DNA of 64,000 nucleotides, taken from the NCBI GenBank assembly GCA_036774405.1, contig DAIPBO010000001.1, forward strand, positions 22,968 through 86,967. Reading direction: 5' to 3'. Below, in pieces: positions 1 through 8,730 of the stretch. The stretch comes from Chloroflexota bacterium. GTDB lineage: Bacteria; Chloroflexota; Anaerolineae; UBA1429. How positions within the stretch are numbered: position 1 is the stretch's first letter; every line of letters starts with the position of its first letter. Below the pieces are notes generated by a model that worked only from the letters and a program-made list of their open reading frames with translations, was not told the origin of the DNA and made no database searches. Both the position numbers and the translations under genes were made by a program.

Positions 1-203
1 AGGCCCAACGAGTCCCAGAGCATCTGCAGACCTCGCAAAAACGGGAGTTTGAGCACCGGGTTGTTGTACACGGCCTTGGGCAGACGGTCGGTGTGCGTGA
101 CGATCTCCCCGCTGGGGGCGCGCACAGCCACTGCCCATTCGCGGGCGCCGCGCATCATCACGCCCTCCATCACGGCCTGACCGCCATAGTTCAAACGGCT
201 CAT
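1..203 (-). CDS. DUF1385 family protein, N-terminal part (gene continues past window start)
   Basis: Minus-strand ATG at 201-203 overlaps the tdk stop as ATGA. Translation [27 protein letters not shown]... carries the [14 protein letters not shown]-terminal signature of DUF1385. Absent from ORF track because it is partial. Confidence 0.6.
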   Translation of the reverse strand, partial: MSRLNYGGQAVMEGVMMRGAREWAVAVRAPSGEIVTHTDRLPKAVYNNPVLKLPFLRGLQMLWDSLG

Positions 204-832
204 GTTGTCTCCCTGTGGGGCACCTGGTGGCAGGCGCGGCAGCGAGCTTCATAAACCTCGCTGGCGCCAACCAGGATGATGGGGTCCTCATAGAATGCTG
301 GGCGCCCGTCGATGAGACGCTGCGTGCGCGTTGCCGGGGCGCCACACTGCACGCAGATGGCCTGCAGCTTGAGCACCTCCTCGGCCTGCGCCATTAGTAG
401 CGGCAAGGGGCCAAACGGCTCGCCACGGAAATCCTGATCGAGTCCAGCGGCGATCACTCGGCGGCCGCTGTTGGCCAGTTCGGCGCACACATCGGCCACC
501 GTCCAGTCGTAGAACTGCACCTCGTCGATCGCCACCACCGTGGTCTGCGGCGCCACCAGTTCGAGGATGTCGAGCGCCGAGCGCGCGGCCTGCGCCTGTG
601 TCTGGTATCCGGAATGAGAGGCGATACGCTCGGCGCCATAGCGGTCGTCGATAGCATGATGGAACACCTGCACCTGCTGTCGCGCGATCTGAGCGCGCCG
701 CACGCGCCGGATCAGCTCTTCGCTCTTGCCGCTGAACATACAGCCGCAGACAACCTCGAGCCAGCCGCCGTTGTAGCGCTGTAGAAACACCCGCCCTCCT
801 GTTGGCATAAGGAAAAGCAGGGCAGAGTGCAC
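200..832 (-). CDS. tdk: thymidine kinase
   Basis: [22 protein letters not shown]-loop. C-terminal CVQCG...ARCRACH zinc-ribbon motif typical of Tdk. Start codon uncertain: GTG at 830-832 (as in ORF track) or ATG at 806-808. Confidence 0.85.
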   Translation of the reverse strand: MHSALLFLMPTGGRVFLQRYNGGWLEVVCGCMFSGKSEELIRRVRRAQIARQQVQVFHHAIDDRYGAERIASHSGYQTQAQAARSALDILELVAPQTTVVAIDEVQFYDWTVADVCAELANSGRRVIAAGLDQDFRGEPFGPLPLLMAQAEEVLKLQAICVQCGAPATRTQRLIDGRPAFYEDPIILVGASEVYEARCRACHQVPHRETT

Positions 833-846
833 TCACTCTGCCCTGC
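808..846 (-). terminator. intrinsic terminator of the rplU-rpmA-rpmE operon, overlapping the tdk 5' end
   Basis: 13-bp perfect stem GCAGGGCAGAGTG/CACTCTGCCCTGC at 817-846. Followed on the minus strand by UUUUCCUUAU at 808-816. Lies 110 nt downstream of the rpmE stop. Confidence 0.5.
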
Positions 847-958
847 AGTCATAGCCCGTCTACGGATACACCCGCTGCCTGGACCTATGCCACGGGCAGC
901 CGATACTGCCTGACCGGGATGATACGCGGTGGGCAGCCTGGGTGTCAAACGACGAGGC

Positions 959-1297
959 CTACTCCTCGCCTGTATCAGCGCCCGTGGCCAGCGGCTCGAC
1001 GTCCTGCTCGTCGACGATCTCGACGAGACGACGCGCCTCTGCGCGCTTGCGGCGCTCGGTTTCACGGGTGGTCTGCTCGGCCCGCAGTTCTTGAGCCACC
1101 TGGAAGCGGCGGTTGAACCGATCGACCTGACCGGCGCGGTCGACCAGACGCTGCTGCTGCCCCGTAAAGAAGGGATGGCAGGCGCTGCAAACGTCGACGC
1201 GAATCTCTGGCAACGTCGAACCAGTGGTCCACGCATTGCCACAGGCGCATGAAACCTGCGCCTCGGGATAGTACTTGGGATGAATGTCTGCTTTCAT
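959..1297 (-). CDS. rpmE: 50S ribosomal protein L31 (with C-terminal extension)
   Basis: N-terminus [10 protein letters not shown] and CxxC...CSxCHPF zinc motif of L31. Confidence 0.9.
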   Translation of the reverse strand: MKADIHPKYYPEAQVSCACGNAWTTGSTLPEIRVDVCSACHPFFTGQQQRLVDRAGQVDRFNRRFQVAQELRAEQTTRETERRKRAEARRLVEIVDEQDVEPLATGADTGEE

Positions 1298-1303
1298 AGT
1301 GCC

Positions 1304-1564
1304 TTATATCCTCTCGGGATAGACCGAGATCAGTTTGCGCCCACGGGTGCCCGGCTCGAACTTGACATAGCCGTCGATGGTGGCAAAGATGGTATAGTCT
1401 CTGCCGAGGCCGACGTTCTTGCCCGGGTGAAAGTGCGTGCCGCGCTGGCGCACGATGATGCTACCTGCCGAAACGAGCTCGCCACCAAAAGCCTTGACGC
1501 CCAATCGTTTCGCCTGGCTGTCTTTGCCGTTAGTGGTCGAACCGCCACCTTTTTTGTGTGCCAT
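1304..1564 (-). CDS. rpmA: 50S ribosomal protein L27
   Basis: [24 protein letters not shown]...HPGKNVG signature of L27. Confidence 0.95.
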   Translation of the reverse strand: MAHKKGGGSTTNGKDSQAKRLGVKAFGGELVSAGSIIVRQRGTHFHPGKNVGLGRDYTIFATIDGYVKFEPGTRGRKLISVYPERI

Positions 1565-1585
1565 GTCGTGTCTCCTTCAGGGCGC

Positions 1586-1897
1586 CTAGGCCTGGATGCC
1601 GTCGATGCGCAGCCGCGTGAACTCTTGCCGATGGCCCTTCTTGACGCGGTAGCGCTGCTTGGCGCGGTACTTGAACACGATCACCTTGGGCGCCTTGGCC
1701 TGCTGGACCACCGTGGCGCTCACAGTAGCGCCATCGATGGCGGGTTGGCCCACGCGCACGCCACCATCGTCGGCTACCAGAAGCACGCGCTCCAACGCGA
1801 CCTCATCACCAACTGCTGCGTCCAGGCGCTCAACGTCGACGGTATCACCAATGGCGACCTTGTATTGCTTGCCGCCGGTCTCTACTATCGCATACAT
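1586..1897 (-). CDS. rplU: 50S ribosomal protein L21
   Basis: [14 protein letters not shown]... N-terminus typical of L21. Arrangement rplU-rpmA. Confidence 0.95.
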   Translation of the reverse strand: MYAIVETGGKQYKVAIGDTVDVERLDAAVGDEVALERVLLVADDGGVRVGQPAIDGATVSATVVQQAKAPKVIVFKYRAKQRYRVKKGHRQEFTRLRIDGIQA

Positions 1898-1959
1898 CTG
1901 TTGCGTCCTCCCACAGTAACGACCGGCTGTGCGTATGCTGTCCGGCCTGCCAAGCTAGC

Positions 1960-1988
1960 AGTATACCCTACGCCCGCGCGGCTGTCAA
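1960..1988 (-). promoter_or_regulatory. sigma70-type promoter of ribosomal protein operon (TTGACA-17-TATACT)
   Basis: Minus strand: -35 TTGACA (1983-1988), 17-nt spacer, -10 TATACT (1960-1965). GGGAGGA Shine-Dalgarno sequence before ATG 1897. Confidence 0.5.
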
Positions 1989-2029
1989 AAGCCCGTCGCA
2001 GTGGCTACACCTGTCTGTGCCTGTCATCG

Positions 2030-2038
2030 TGGTATAAT
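2030..2038 (+). promoter_or_regulatory. extended -10 promoter element TGGTATAAT upstream of glgX
   Basis: TGnTATAAT at 2030-2038, then AAGGAGG Shine-Dalgarno sequence and ATG 2063. No good -35. Confidence 0.4.
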
Positions 2039-2062
2039 GCGTGGTAACCAAGGAGGAGCGCA

Positions 2063-4153
2063 ATGGCAGGCAACTATCCGTATCGGGTCGAGGCGGGCCG
2101 CCCGGCGCCTCTCGGTGCGACGCTGTGCGATGGCGGCGTCAACTTTTCGCTTTTTAGCGCCAACGCTACTGCCGTTGAGCTGCTGCTCTTTGACCGGCAC
2201 GATCAGGGTGAGCCGAGTCAGGTCATTGCTCTCGACTCAGCCCAGAGCAGAACCTACTACTACTGGCACTGTTTTGTGCCTGGGCTGGGCGATGGTCAGC
2301 TATACGGCTATCGCGTCTCTGGCCCGTATGAAGAAGAGCTTGGGCTACGGTTCAACGCCAACAAGGTGCTGCTCGATCCGTATGCCCGCGCGGTGGCCTA
2401 CGGCGACAACTGGTCGCGTGCCGAGGCCTATGGCTTTGGCGATAACTGCCGCTCTGCCCTCAAGAGCGTCGTCGTGGATATGACGCCCTACGACTGGGAA
2501 GGCGACCGTCCTCTGCAGCGCCCCATGAGCCAGACCATCATCTATGAGACGCATCTCAAGGGTTTCACTGCGCATCCCTCGTCAGGCGTGAGCGCGCCGG
2601 GCACTTATTGTGGCGTGATCGAAAAGATCCCTTATCTGCAAGACCTGGGCATCACGGCTGTCGAGTTCTTGCCGCTGCAGCAGTTTGATGAGCAAGAGGT
2701 CGAGCGCACTAACCCTCTCACTGGCGAGCGGCTCAAGAACTATTGGGGGTACGCTCCGGTTGCCTTTTTTGCGCCGCACCTGGGCTATGCCTGCGATCGT
2801 AACCCGCGCGTCATGCTCGACGAGTTTCGCGATATGGTCAAGGCGCTGCATCGCGCAGGCATCGAGGTTATTGCCGATGTGGTCTTTAACCACACGGCTG
2901 AGAATGACCATACGGGGCCCACGATCTCTTTTCGCGGTCTCGAGAACGTCGCTTATTACCTGCTGCAAGAGGATCGTCGCTACTATCAGGATTACACCGG
3001 TACGGGCAACACTGTGGCCTGCAATCATTCCGTGATGCGCCGGTTGATCGGCGAGTGTCTGCGCTATGGCGTCGAGGAGCTGCACCTCGATGGCTTTCGG
3101 TTTGACCTCGCCTCGGTCATGTCTCGTGATGAGTATGGGCACATCCCCAACTCACCGCCGTTGCTGTGGGAGCTCGAATCTGACCCGGTGCTGGCGGGCA
3201 CCAAACTGATCGCCGAGGCTTGGGACGCCGCCGGTCTCTATGAGCTTGGTGGCTTTACCGGCGACCGCTGGGCCGAGTGGAACGGCCAGTACCGCGACGA
3301 TGTGCGGCGCTTTGTGCGCATGGATAGCGGCACCGCGCGCAACCTTGCCTGGCGGCTCACCGGCAGCATGGATGTCTTTCGAGACAAGGACAGCTACTCG
3401 ACGCACCGTTCGGTGAACTTTGTCACCTGTCATGATGGCTTTACGTTGGCCGATCTGGTGAGCTACAACGTCAAGCATAACCAGGCTAACGGCGAGAACG
3501 ACCGCGACGGCGCCGTCGAGAACTACTCATGGAACTGTGGCGTCGAAGGACCGACTGAAAGGGCCGAGGTTCTGGAGTTGCGCCGTCGTCAGATCAAGAA
3601 TCTGCTGACGCTGCTGCTGGTCTCTCGCGGGACGCCCATGCTGTTGGGCGGCGACGAGTTCGGTCGCACTCAGCAGGGCAATAACAACGCCTATTGCCAG
3701 GATAACGAGATCAGCTGGTTCAACTGGGCGCTGCTCGATGACTACTGGGACGTGCATCGTCTGGTTCGCGGGTTGATCGCTCTGCGCAGCGGGCACCCTA
3801 CGCTGCATGCCGATGTGCGCCTTGATGGGCGGTCGTTCGAGTGTGGCCTCAGCGACTGTGTCAGCTTTCACGGTGTACAGCTCGACCGTCCCGACTGGAG
3901 CCATCAGTCCCACTCTCTGGCTATGCGGCTCGAAGGCATGGATGGCGACGTGGGGTTCTATCTCATCGCGAATGCTTACCATGAGCCGCTTGCGTTTGAA
4001 TTGCCACAGGATGTGCAATGGAAGAGGGTCGTCGACACAGCGCTGCCACCGCCTGACGACTACTGCGTGCCAGCTGAAGCGCCTCTGGTGACCACGCCGC
4101 GTTACAGCCTGGCAGAGCACTCGGTTGTGCTCCTGATCGAAGGCCGGGCCTAA
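2063..4153 (+). CDS. glgX: glycogen debranching enzyme GlgX (GH13 isoamylase-type)
   Basis: 696 aa. N-terminus PLGATLCDGGVNFSLFSANA, FRFDLAS, GNNNAYCQDNE motifs. Confidence 0.85.
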   Translation: MAGNYPYRVEAGRPAPLGATLCDGGVNFSLFSANATAVELLLFDRHDQGEPSQVIALDSAQSRTYYYWHCFVPGLGDGQLYGYRVSGPYEEELGLRFNANKVLLDPYARAVAYGDNWSRAEAYGFGDNCRSALKSVVVDMTPYDWEGDRPLQRPMSQTIIYETHLKGFTAHPSSGVSAPGTYCGVIEKIPYLQDLGITAVEFLPLQQFDEQEVERTNPLTGERLKNYWGYAPVAFFAPHLGYACDRNPRVMLDEFRDMVKALHRAGIEVIADVVFNHTAENDHTGPTISFRGLENVAYYLLQEDRRYYQDYTGTGNTVACNHSVMRRLIGECLRYGVEELHLDGFRFDLASVMSRDEYGHIPNSPPLLWELESDPVLAGTKLIAEAWDAAGLYELGGFTGDRWAEWNGQYRDDVRRFVRMDSGTARNLAWRLTGSMDVFRDKDSYSTHRSVNFVTCHDGFTLADLVSYNVKHNQANGENDRDGAVENYSWNCGVEGPTERAEVLELRRRQIKNLLTLLLVSRGTPMLLGGDEFGRTQQGNNNAYCQDNEISWFNWALLDDYWDVHRLVRGLIALRSGHPTLHADVRLDGRSFECGLSDCVSFHGVQLDRPDWSHQSHSLAMRLEGMDGDVGFYLIANAYHEPLAFELPQDVQWKRVVDTALPPPDDYCVPAEAPLVTTPRYSLAEHSVVLLIEGRA

Positions 4154-4620
4154 CGGCGGAGTGTGGCCACCAGCCGCGTCTTGTACAGCAGCAAATCGAG
4201 CGCATCGGTTACCTCGGTGACTACCACATCGGCGCTTCTCAATGTCGCCGTGGATGCCCCTTCTGGGCCGACCACGGCGATGCCAACACGAGCGACGCTC
4301 AACAGAGGGGCGTCGATGGCCCCGTTGCCGATGGCAACCACCTGCTCGGCCCCCAGTCTGCGTGCCACCGCAGCTTTGGCAGCAGCCTCATCACGGCCAT
4401 TGGTTACCTCAAGCGGCAACTCCAGCCGATGGGCCAGATGCGCAGCGTTGCCGCGAGTGTCGGCCGAGAGCAGTCGCATGGCGAGGTGGGCTCGTAACGC
4501 TGCGATACGTTCTGTCACTCCTGGCAGCAGTGTGCCATCGATGGTCAGGGTGCCATTTACGTCGAGCAACAGGTGCTCGAGACGCCAGGGGCCACGGCCC
4601 GGTATGGTGACGAGGATCAT
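4150..4620 (-). CDS. HAD-superfamily hydrolase (COG4087-like soluble P-type ATPase domain)
   Basis: LLLDVNGTL DxDGT-type motif, GNGAIDAPLL motif. Start moved to ATG 4620 (MILVT...), preceded by a GGAGG Shine-Dalgarno sequence. The longer ORF-track N-terminus has no Shine-Dalgarno sequence. Confidence 0.6.
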   Translation of the reverse strand: MILVTIPGRGPWRLEHLLLDVNGTLTIDGTLLPGVTERIAALRAHLAMRLLSADTRGNAAHLAHRLELPLEVTNGRDEAAAKAAVARRLGAEQVVAIGNGAIDAPLLSVARVGIAVVGPEGASTATLRSADVVVTEVTDALDLLLYKTRLVATLRR

Positions 4621-4753
4621 GTTGCCTCCAGCACAGATGCTGTCTCCAGAGATGGTGCGCCCATTGTAGCCCAAGGCGCAACCTTGAGGCCATGGCGACG
4701 CTGTGATATACTCGGCGCACCATCCAGGCTGGGCACACACAGAGGCGGTGGCG

Positions 4754-5458
4754 ATGCACGTTCTTGAGGCCCTGAGACAGTTGCGCGATGTCGATCAGGA
4801 ATGGTCGATCAGTGGCCAGGAGTATGTGGTGCTGCGTGAGCGCCTGGCAGATCAGTCGACGTTACAGGCCGCGCAAGAGGCTCAGCAGCAGCGGCAGGCG
4901 GCGTTGACCCAGACGCGCCAAAAGCTCGTCAGCGCCGAGCTCGAGCTGCGGACCACTGAGGAGCGTTTGCAGGAGGCTAACCGGCAGCTCTATGCCGATG
5001 GCAACCTGTCCCCTCGAGAACTGGATCATCTGCGACGCGATGCAGACTATCTCACGCGTCGCGTGGGTGAGCTTGAGGAGCTGGTGCTGGGGCTGATGTC
5101 TGGTCAAGAAGAGCAGATTGCTGCGGTTGAGCGAGGTGCAGCCGAGCTGGCCGCGCTAGAGAGCCAGGCCTCCAGAGATAATGCTACTGACCTTGCGCGC
5201 TATCGCGAGTTGCGCGCTGCACTGCAGGCCCTCAAAGATCGCCGCGAGGCCCTGCGCGGTACGCTCTCTCCGCAAGCGCTGCGTCTCTATGATGACCTCT
5301 GGCGTAGCAAGCAGGGTGCGCCGCTGGCCAACCTGCAAGACGGCCGCTGCCAGGTCTGCCGTGTGCAGGTGCCGCGCGAAAAGGCGCGCAGCGTCGAGAG
5401 CTATGAGGCTCGCCTCGTCACTTGTGACGGCTGCGGTCGCATTCTCATCCCAAGCTGA
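4754..5458 (+). CDS. zinc-ribbon/coiled-coil protein (DUF164, COG1579-like)
   Basis: Long coiled-coil region plus C-terminal CQVCRVQV...CDGCGRIL C4 zinc ribbon. Start at internal ATG 4754 (MHVLEAL). Confidence 0.6.
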   Translation: MHVLEALRQLRDVDQEWSISGQEYVVLRERLADQSTLQAAQEAQQQRQAALTQTRQKLVSAELELRTTEERLQEANRQLYADGNLSPRELDHLRRDADYLTRRVGELEELVLGLMSGQEEQIAAVERGAAELAALESQASRDNATDLARYRELRAALQALKDRREALRGTLSPQALRLYDDLWRSKQGAPLANLQDGRCQVCRVQVPREKARSVESYEARLVTCDGCGRILIPS

Positions 5459-5475
5459 CGCTATCGGAAGGCCCC

Positions 5476-7605
5476 TTGAGAAACCCTTATGTCGTCGATC
5501 GCCCTCTCGCCGAAGAGGACTTTTTTGTCGGCCGTACCGCCATTCTCGATCTACTTCAGAGCCGCCTCGCTGAAGGAGAACGGCTCTTTCTGCTGTTCGG
5601 CAAGCCTCGGATTGGCACAACATCGCTCCTCAACCAACTTGATCTGCGGCTGGCGGGCTCGTATGAGGTAAAGCTGCTGCCCTGGCCAGGTCTTGGCGGT
5701 GCCTCGCCACTTGAGCGGTTGACAGAGTTGCTCGCCACGGCGGCCGACTGCGCCGCGCCTGCCCCAGAGGCGCTCAATGAAGCGCTCGCTGCTGCATCAG
5801 GAGTCGGCGCCGCACCATTGCCACCCTTGGCACTACTCGACCATGTAGCGCGCCCTCAGGGCTCGCCCACAATGCTCTGTTGTGTCGACGCGGTCGATCT
5901 GGCCGATCTACAGGACGTGACCGCCTGGCAGAGCGCTCTGCTCGCCCTGCGTGCGGCGCTCAGGCCGCACCTGGGCATCGCTCTCGTGCTTGCCGTGAGG
6001 GCGCGGCCTGCGCAAACACCTCTAGACCTGCCTGTGGTCACCAGGTTGGTGCTCGACCGTCTGTCTTTGCGTGAGACAGAAGACCTGCTCATGGTGCCAG
6101 TGCGCGGTGACATGACCTATGACCTCGACGCTGTCGCTCAGATCCATCGTCTGGCTGGCGGCGAGCCTCACTTTGTGCAGTTCTTTGGCCGGGTGCTGTT
6201 CGAGTATCGTGTGCGCCGCGGCTGGGTCGATCTGCCTGAGGTGTCACACGCAGCCGATGAGGTGCTCGCCCTGGGCGCTCCACATTTCAAGGTGCTGTGG
6301 CAGGATTCCAGTTGGGCTGCACGTGTTGTCATGACTGTCTTTGGCGAGCGTGTAGGCAGCGACGGTGTCACCAGTGCGCAAGAGCTGTATCAGTATCTTG
6401 AGCAGCTACGTATCGACATGCCCTCGTCAGACCTGGACGCTGCTCTGGACGAGCTTGCGAGCCGCGATCTTGTAGAGACTTTGGGGGGGCGGACCTATCG
6501 CTTCATCAACGCTCTCTTCTTGCGGTGGATCAAGCAGGAGCACGACACACTTACCACGGTGCGAGTCAGTCGCCGTTATCACCAACGTCGACTCGAGCGC
6601 GTATCGGGGTGGGGCGCACGCAAGGTCGACTGGCTGAGCATTTTACTGTGGAGCCTCGCCGTAGCCCTGGCGTTGGGCGTCTTTTACGTCTGGCGGTCAC
6701 GCGAGCGCCAGGTGTTTTGGACGGCCCGGCCAACACCAGTGGCTCGAGAGAGCGAGATGCAGGACATGACGCCTGCCTTGCCCACACCAGAGCGCGGCGT
6801 GGCGCCAGGGCGCATCGTCTATATGGCCAAGACGCAACCTGACGACAATTGGGCCATCTTTGTGATGCGCAGTGACGGCAGTGACCCAATGCAACTCACC
6901 GAGCGTGGCGCCAACGATACCTCGCCGGTTTGGTCGCCCGACGGGCGTAGACTCCTCTTTGTCTCTGATCGCGATGGCAACCGTGAAGTATACGTGATGA
7001 GCGCCGATGGGAGCAGCCAGCTCAACCTGACGCGTGATCCCGCCGAAGACTGGACGCCGGCCTGGTCGCCCGATGGCCAGCAGATCGCCTTTGCCTCGTT
7101 TCGCGACGGTAACTGGGAGATCTATGTCATGGCTGCCGATGGCGCCAACGTGCGACGTCTTACGCGGTCGCCGGCGGCCGACTATGCACCGGTTTGGTCG
7201 CCCGATGGCAAGCGCATCGCCTTTGTGTCAGACCGCTCGGGCAACCTGGATATCTGGACCATGGCCACCGACGGCGGCGATCTGCGTCGCTTTACCGATC
7301 ACTCGGCGACCGATCAGTCGCCGACGTGGGCTCCCGATGGCACGATGCTTGCCTGGGAGTCCTATCGCGATGGGAATATGGAGATCTATGCCGCCAACAT
7401 CGATGGTTCTGAACTGCGCAATCTCAGTCAGGATGTCTATGCCGATGACCACGGTGTTACCTGGTCGCCGTGGGGAGATCGTCTAGCCTACTATACCAAC
7501 CGCAACAAGGGTTGGGACATCATGACGCTCGACCTGAACACGGGCCAACGAACCAACATTACGCAGAGCGATGACCTCGAGCAGGCGCCGCACTGGGGGC
7601 AGTAA
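5476..7605 (+). CDS. membrane protein: N-terminal AAA/STAND-like ATPase domain (degenerate P-loop), single TM, C-terminal TolB-type (PD40) beta-propeller repeats
   Basis: FVGRTAILDLL...LFLLFGKPRIGTTSLL (P-loop like but non-canonical), CVDAVDL Walker-B-like. TM WLSILLWSLAVALALGVFYVW. Repeated WSPDG...LAF.SDR.GN.EIY PD40 repeats. 17 nt after the upstream gene. Confidence 0.6.
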   Translation: MRNPYVVDRPLAEEDFFVGRTAILDLLQSRLAEGERLFLLFGKPRIGTTSLLNQLDLRLAGSYEVKLLPWPGLGGASPLERLTELLATAADCAAPAPEALNEALAAASGVGAAPLPPLALLDHVARPQGSPTMLCCVDAVDLADLQDVTAWQSALLALRAALRPHLGIALVLAVRARPAQTPLDLPVVTRLVLDRLSLRETEDLLMVPVRGDMTYDLDAVAQIHRLAGGEPHFVQFFGRVLFEYRVRRGWVDLPEVSHAADEVLALGAPHFKVLWQDSSWAARVVMTVFGERVGSDGVTSAQELYQYLEQLRIDMPSSDLDAALDELASRDLVETLGGRTYRFINALFLRWIKQEHDTLTTVRVSRRYHQRRLERVSGWGARKVDWLSILLWSLAVALALGVFYVWRSRERQVFWTARPTPVARESEMQDMTPALPTPERGVAPGRIVYMAKTQPDDNWAIFVMRSDGSDPMQLTERGANDTSPVWSPDGRRLLFVSDRDGNREVYVMSADGSSQLNLTRDPAEDWTPAWSPDGQQIAFASFRDGNWEIYVMAADGANVRRLTRSPAADYAPVWSPDGKRIAFVSDRSGNLDIWTMATDGGDLRRFTDHSATDQSPTWAPDGTMLAWESYRDGNMEIYAANIDGSELRNLSQDVYADDHGVTWSPWGDRLAYYTNRNKGWDIMTLDLNTGQRTNITQSDDLEQAPHWGQ

Positions 7606-7610
7606 AGGGC

Positions 7611-7640
7611 CGTCGTCGACGCGCATGCGCGTCGACGACG
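7611..7640. terminator. 30-nt perfect palindrome, bidirectional terminator between the ATPase-TolB gene (+) and rnpB (-)
   Basis: CGTCGTCGACGCGCATGCGCGTCGACGACG is its own reverse complement. Sits 5 nt after the TAA at 7603-7605 and just past the rnpB 3' end. No U tract. Confidence 0.55.
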
Positions 7641-7643
7641 ATG

Positions 7644-8026
7644 AGTTGGAGCGAGCCGATAAGCCGAATTCTGTCCCCCGTGGGGTGGCGGTCATCTCTC
7701 TGCGACGGTGATTGCTCATCGCCTCTAGCGACCTACCCGGAGACCGGGGCGAGCAACCCCTGTGCGCCAGAGACTGGCGCCGCGCTCCTGTTTGGTCTTG
7801 CTCTCGGTGGGGTTTACCGGGCCGGTCCAGTTACCTGGGCCGCCGGTGGTCTCTTACACCACCCTTTCACCCTTACCGCCCTGGTGGGCGGCGGTCTGCT
7901 TTCTGTTGCACTTTCCGTCGGGTCGCCCCGCCTGGATGTTATCCAGCACCGTGCTCTATAGAGTTCGGACTTTCCTCATGCCTGCGGGCTCTCGCCTGCC
8001 GACACGCGACCGCCTGGCTCACTCCG
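7644..8026 (-). ncRNA. rnpB: RNase P RNA, bacterial type A
   Basis: Reverse complement contains GAGGAAAGUCCG (7966-7977), AGGGUGAAAGGGUGGUGUAAGAGACCACC, ACAGAAUUCGGCUUAUCGGCUCGC. P1 pairing GGAGUGAGCC (8025-8016) with GGCUCGCUCC (7657-7648). No credible ORF; ORF-track ORFs here are spurious. Confidence 0.85.
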
Positions 8027-8067
8027 ATACCATGATAGCATACGTCGGAATCTCGACCAAGCTTGTC

Positions 8068-8730
8068 TCAGGCGTCGGCCGTGCGCACGGCCGACACAAA
8101 TGCCCCCAGCTTGGCCTGGTCGAGCGCGCCCGCCGTGCGCACCCCTGAGCAGACGTCTACGCCGTAGGGCTGCACCATGCGGATCGCCGCACCGACATTG
8201 TCGGCCGAGAGCCCTCCTGCCAGAAAGACCGGTCGGCCACAACGCCTCACGATCTCGCGACTGATCTCCCAGTTATGGGTACGCCCGGTGCCACCCAATT
8301 CTTTGACCGGCAGGTTGGGGTTGCCCGAGTCGAGCAGCAGCCCGTGCACCTGTGGGGCCACGCGCAGGGCCTCATCCAGCGCCTCGGGCCCTGTGATGTG
8401 GATAACTTGCACGATGGTGATGCCTGGCAGGGCGGCGCGTAGCTCGGCATGGGTGCCCGCTGTCAGTCGATCGACCAGCTGCAGGGTATTGGCACCACAG
8501 CGGCGTTGTTGCACAATGATCTCGTCGACCGATGCCCGGCTGGTGAGCAAAAACGAACCCACAGCAGGTGGCAGATCGGCGGTGATGGCCGCGATGCGCT
8601 CCTCGCTGATGACGCCGGGGCCTGATGGCATGGCCGAGACCAGGCCGATGGCCGCAGCGCCTGCTTCGACGGCGAGCCGGGCCTCGTTGCGGTCGGCGAT
8701 GCAGCAGATCTTGATGCGAGTCGGTTTCAT
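8068..8730 (-). CDS. trpF: phosphoribosylanthranilate isomerase
   Basis: MKPTRIKICCIADRNEA... and overall TrpF TIM-barrel pattern. No other trp genes in window. Confidence 0.75.
   Translation of the reverse strand: MKPTRIKICCIADRNEARLAVEAGAAAIGLVSAMPSGPGVISEERIAAITADLPPAVGSFLLTSRASVDEIIVQQRRCGANTLQLVDRLTAGTHAELRAALPGITIVQVIHITGPEALDEALRVAPQVHGLLLDSGNPNLPVKELGGTGRTHNWEISREIVRRCGRPVFLAGGLSADNVGAAIRMVQPYGVDVCSGVRTAGALDQAKLGAFVSAVRTADA

Noticed and set aside
7641-8148. Several 100-130 aa ORFs (7641-7961, 7712-8035, 7762-8148).
   Set aside because: They overlap the RNase P RNA gene. Their Pro/Arg-rich translations have no protein features.
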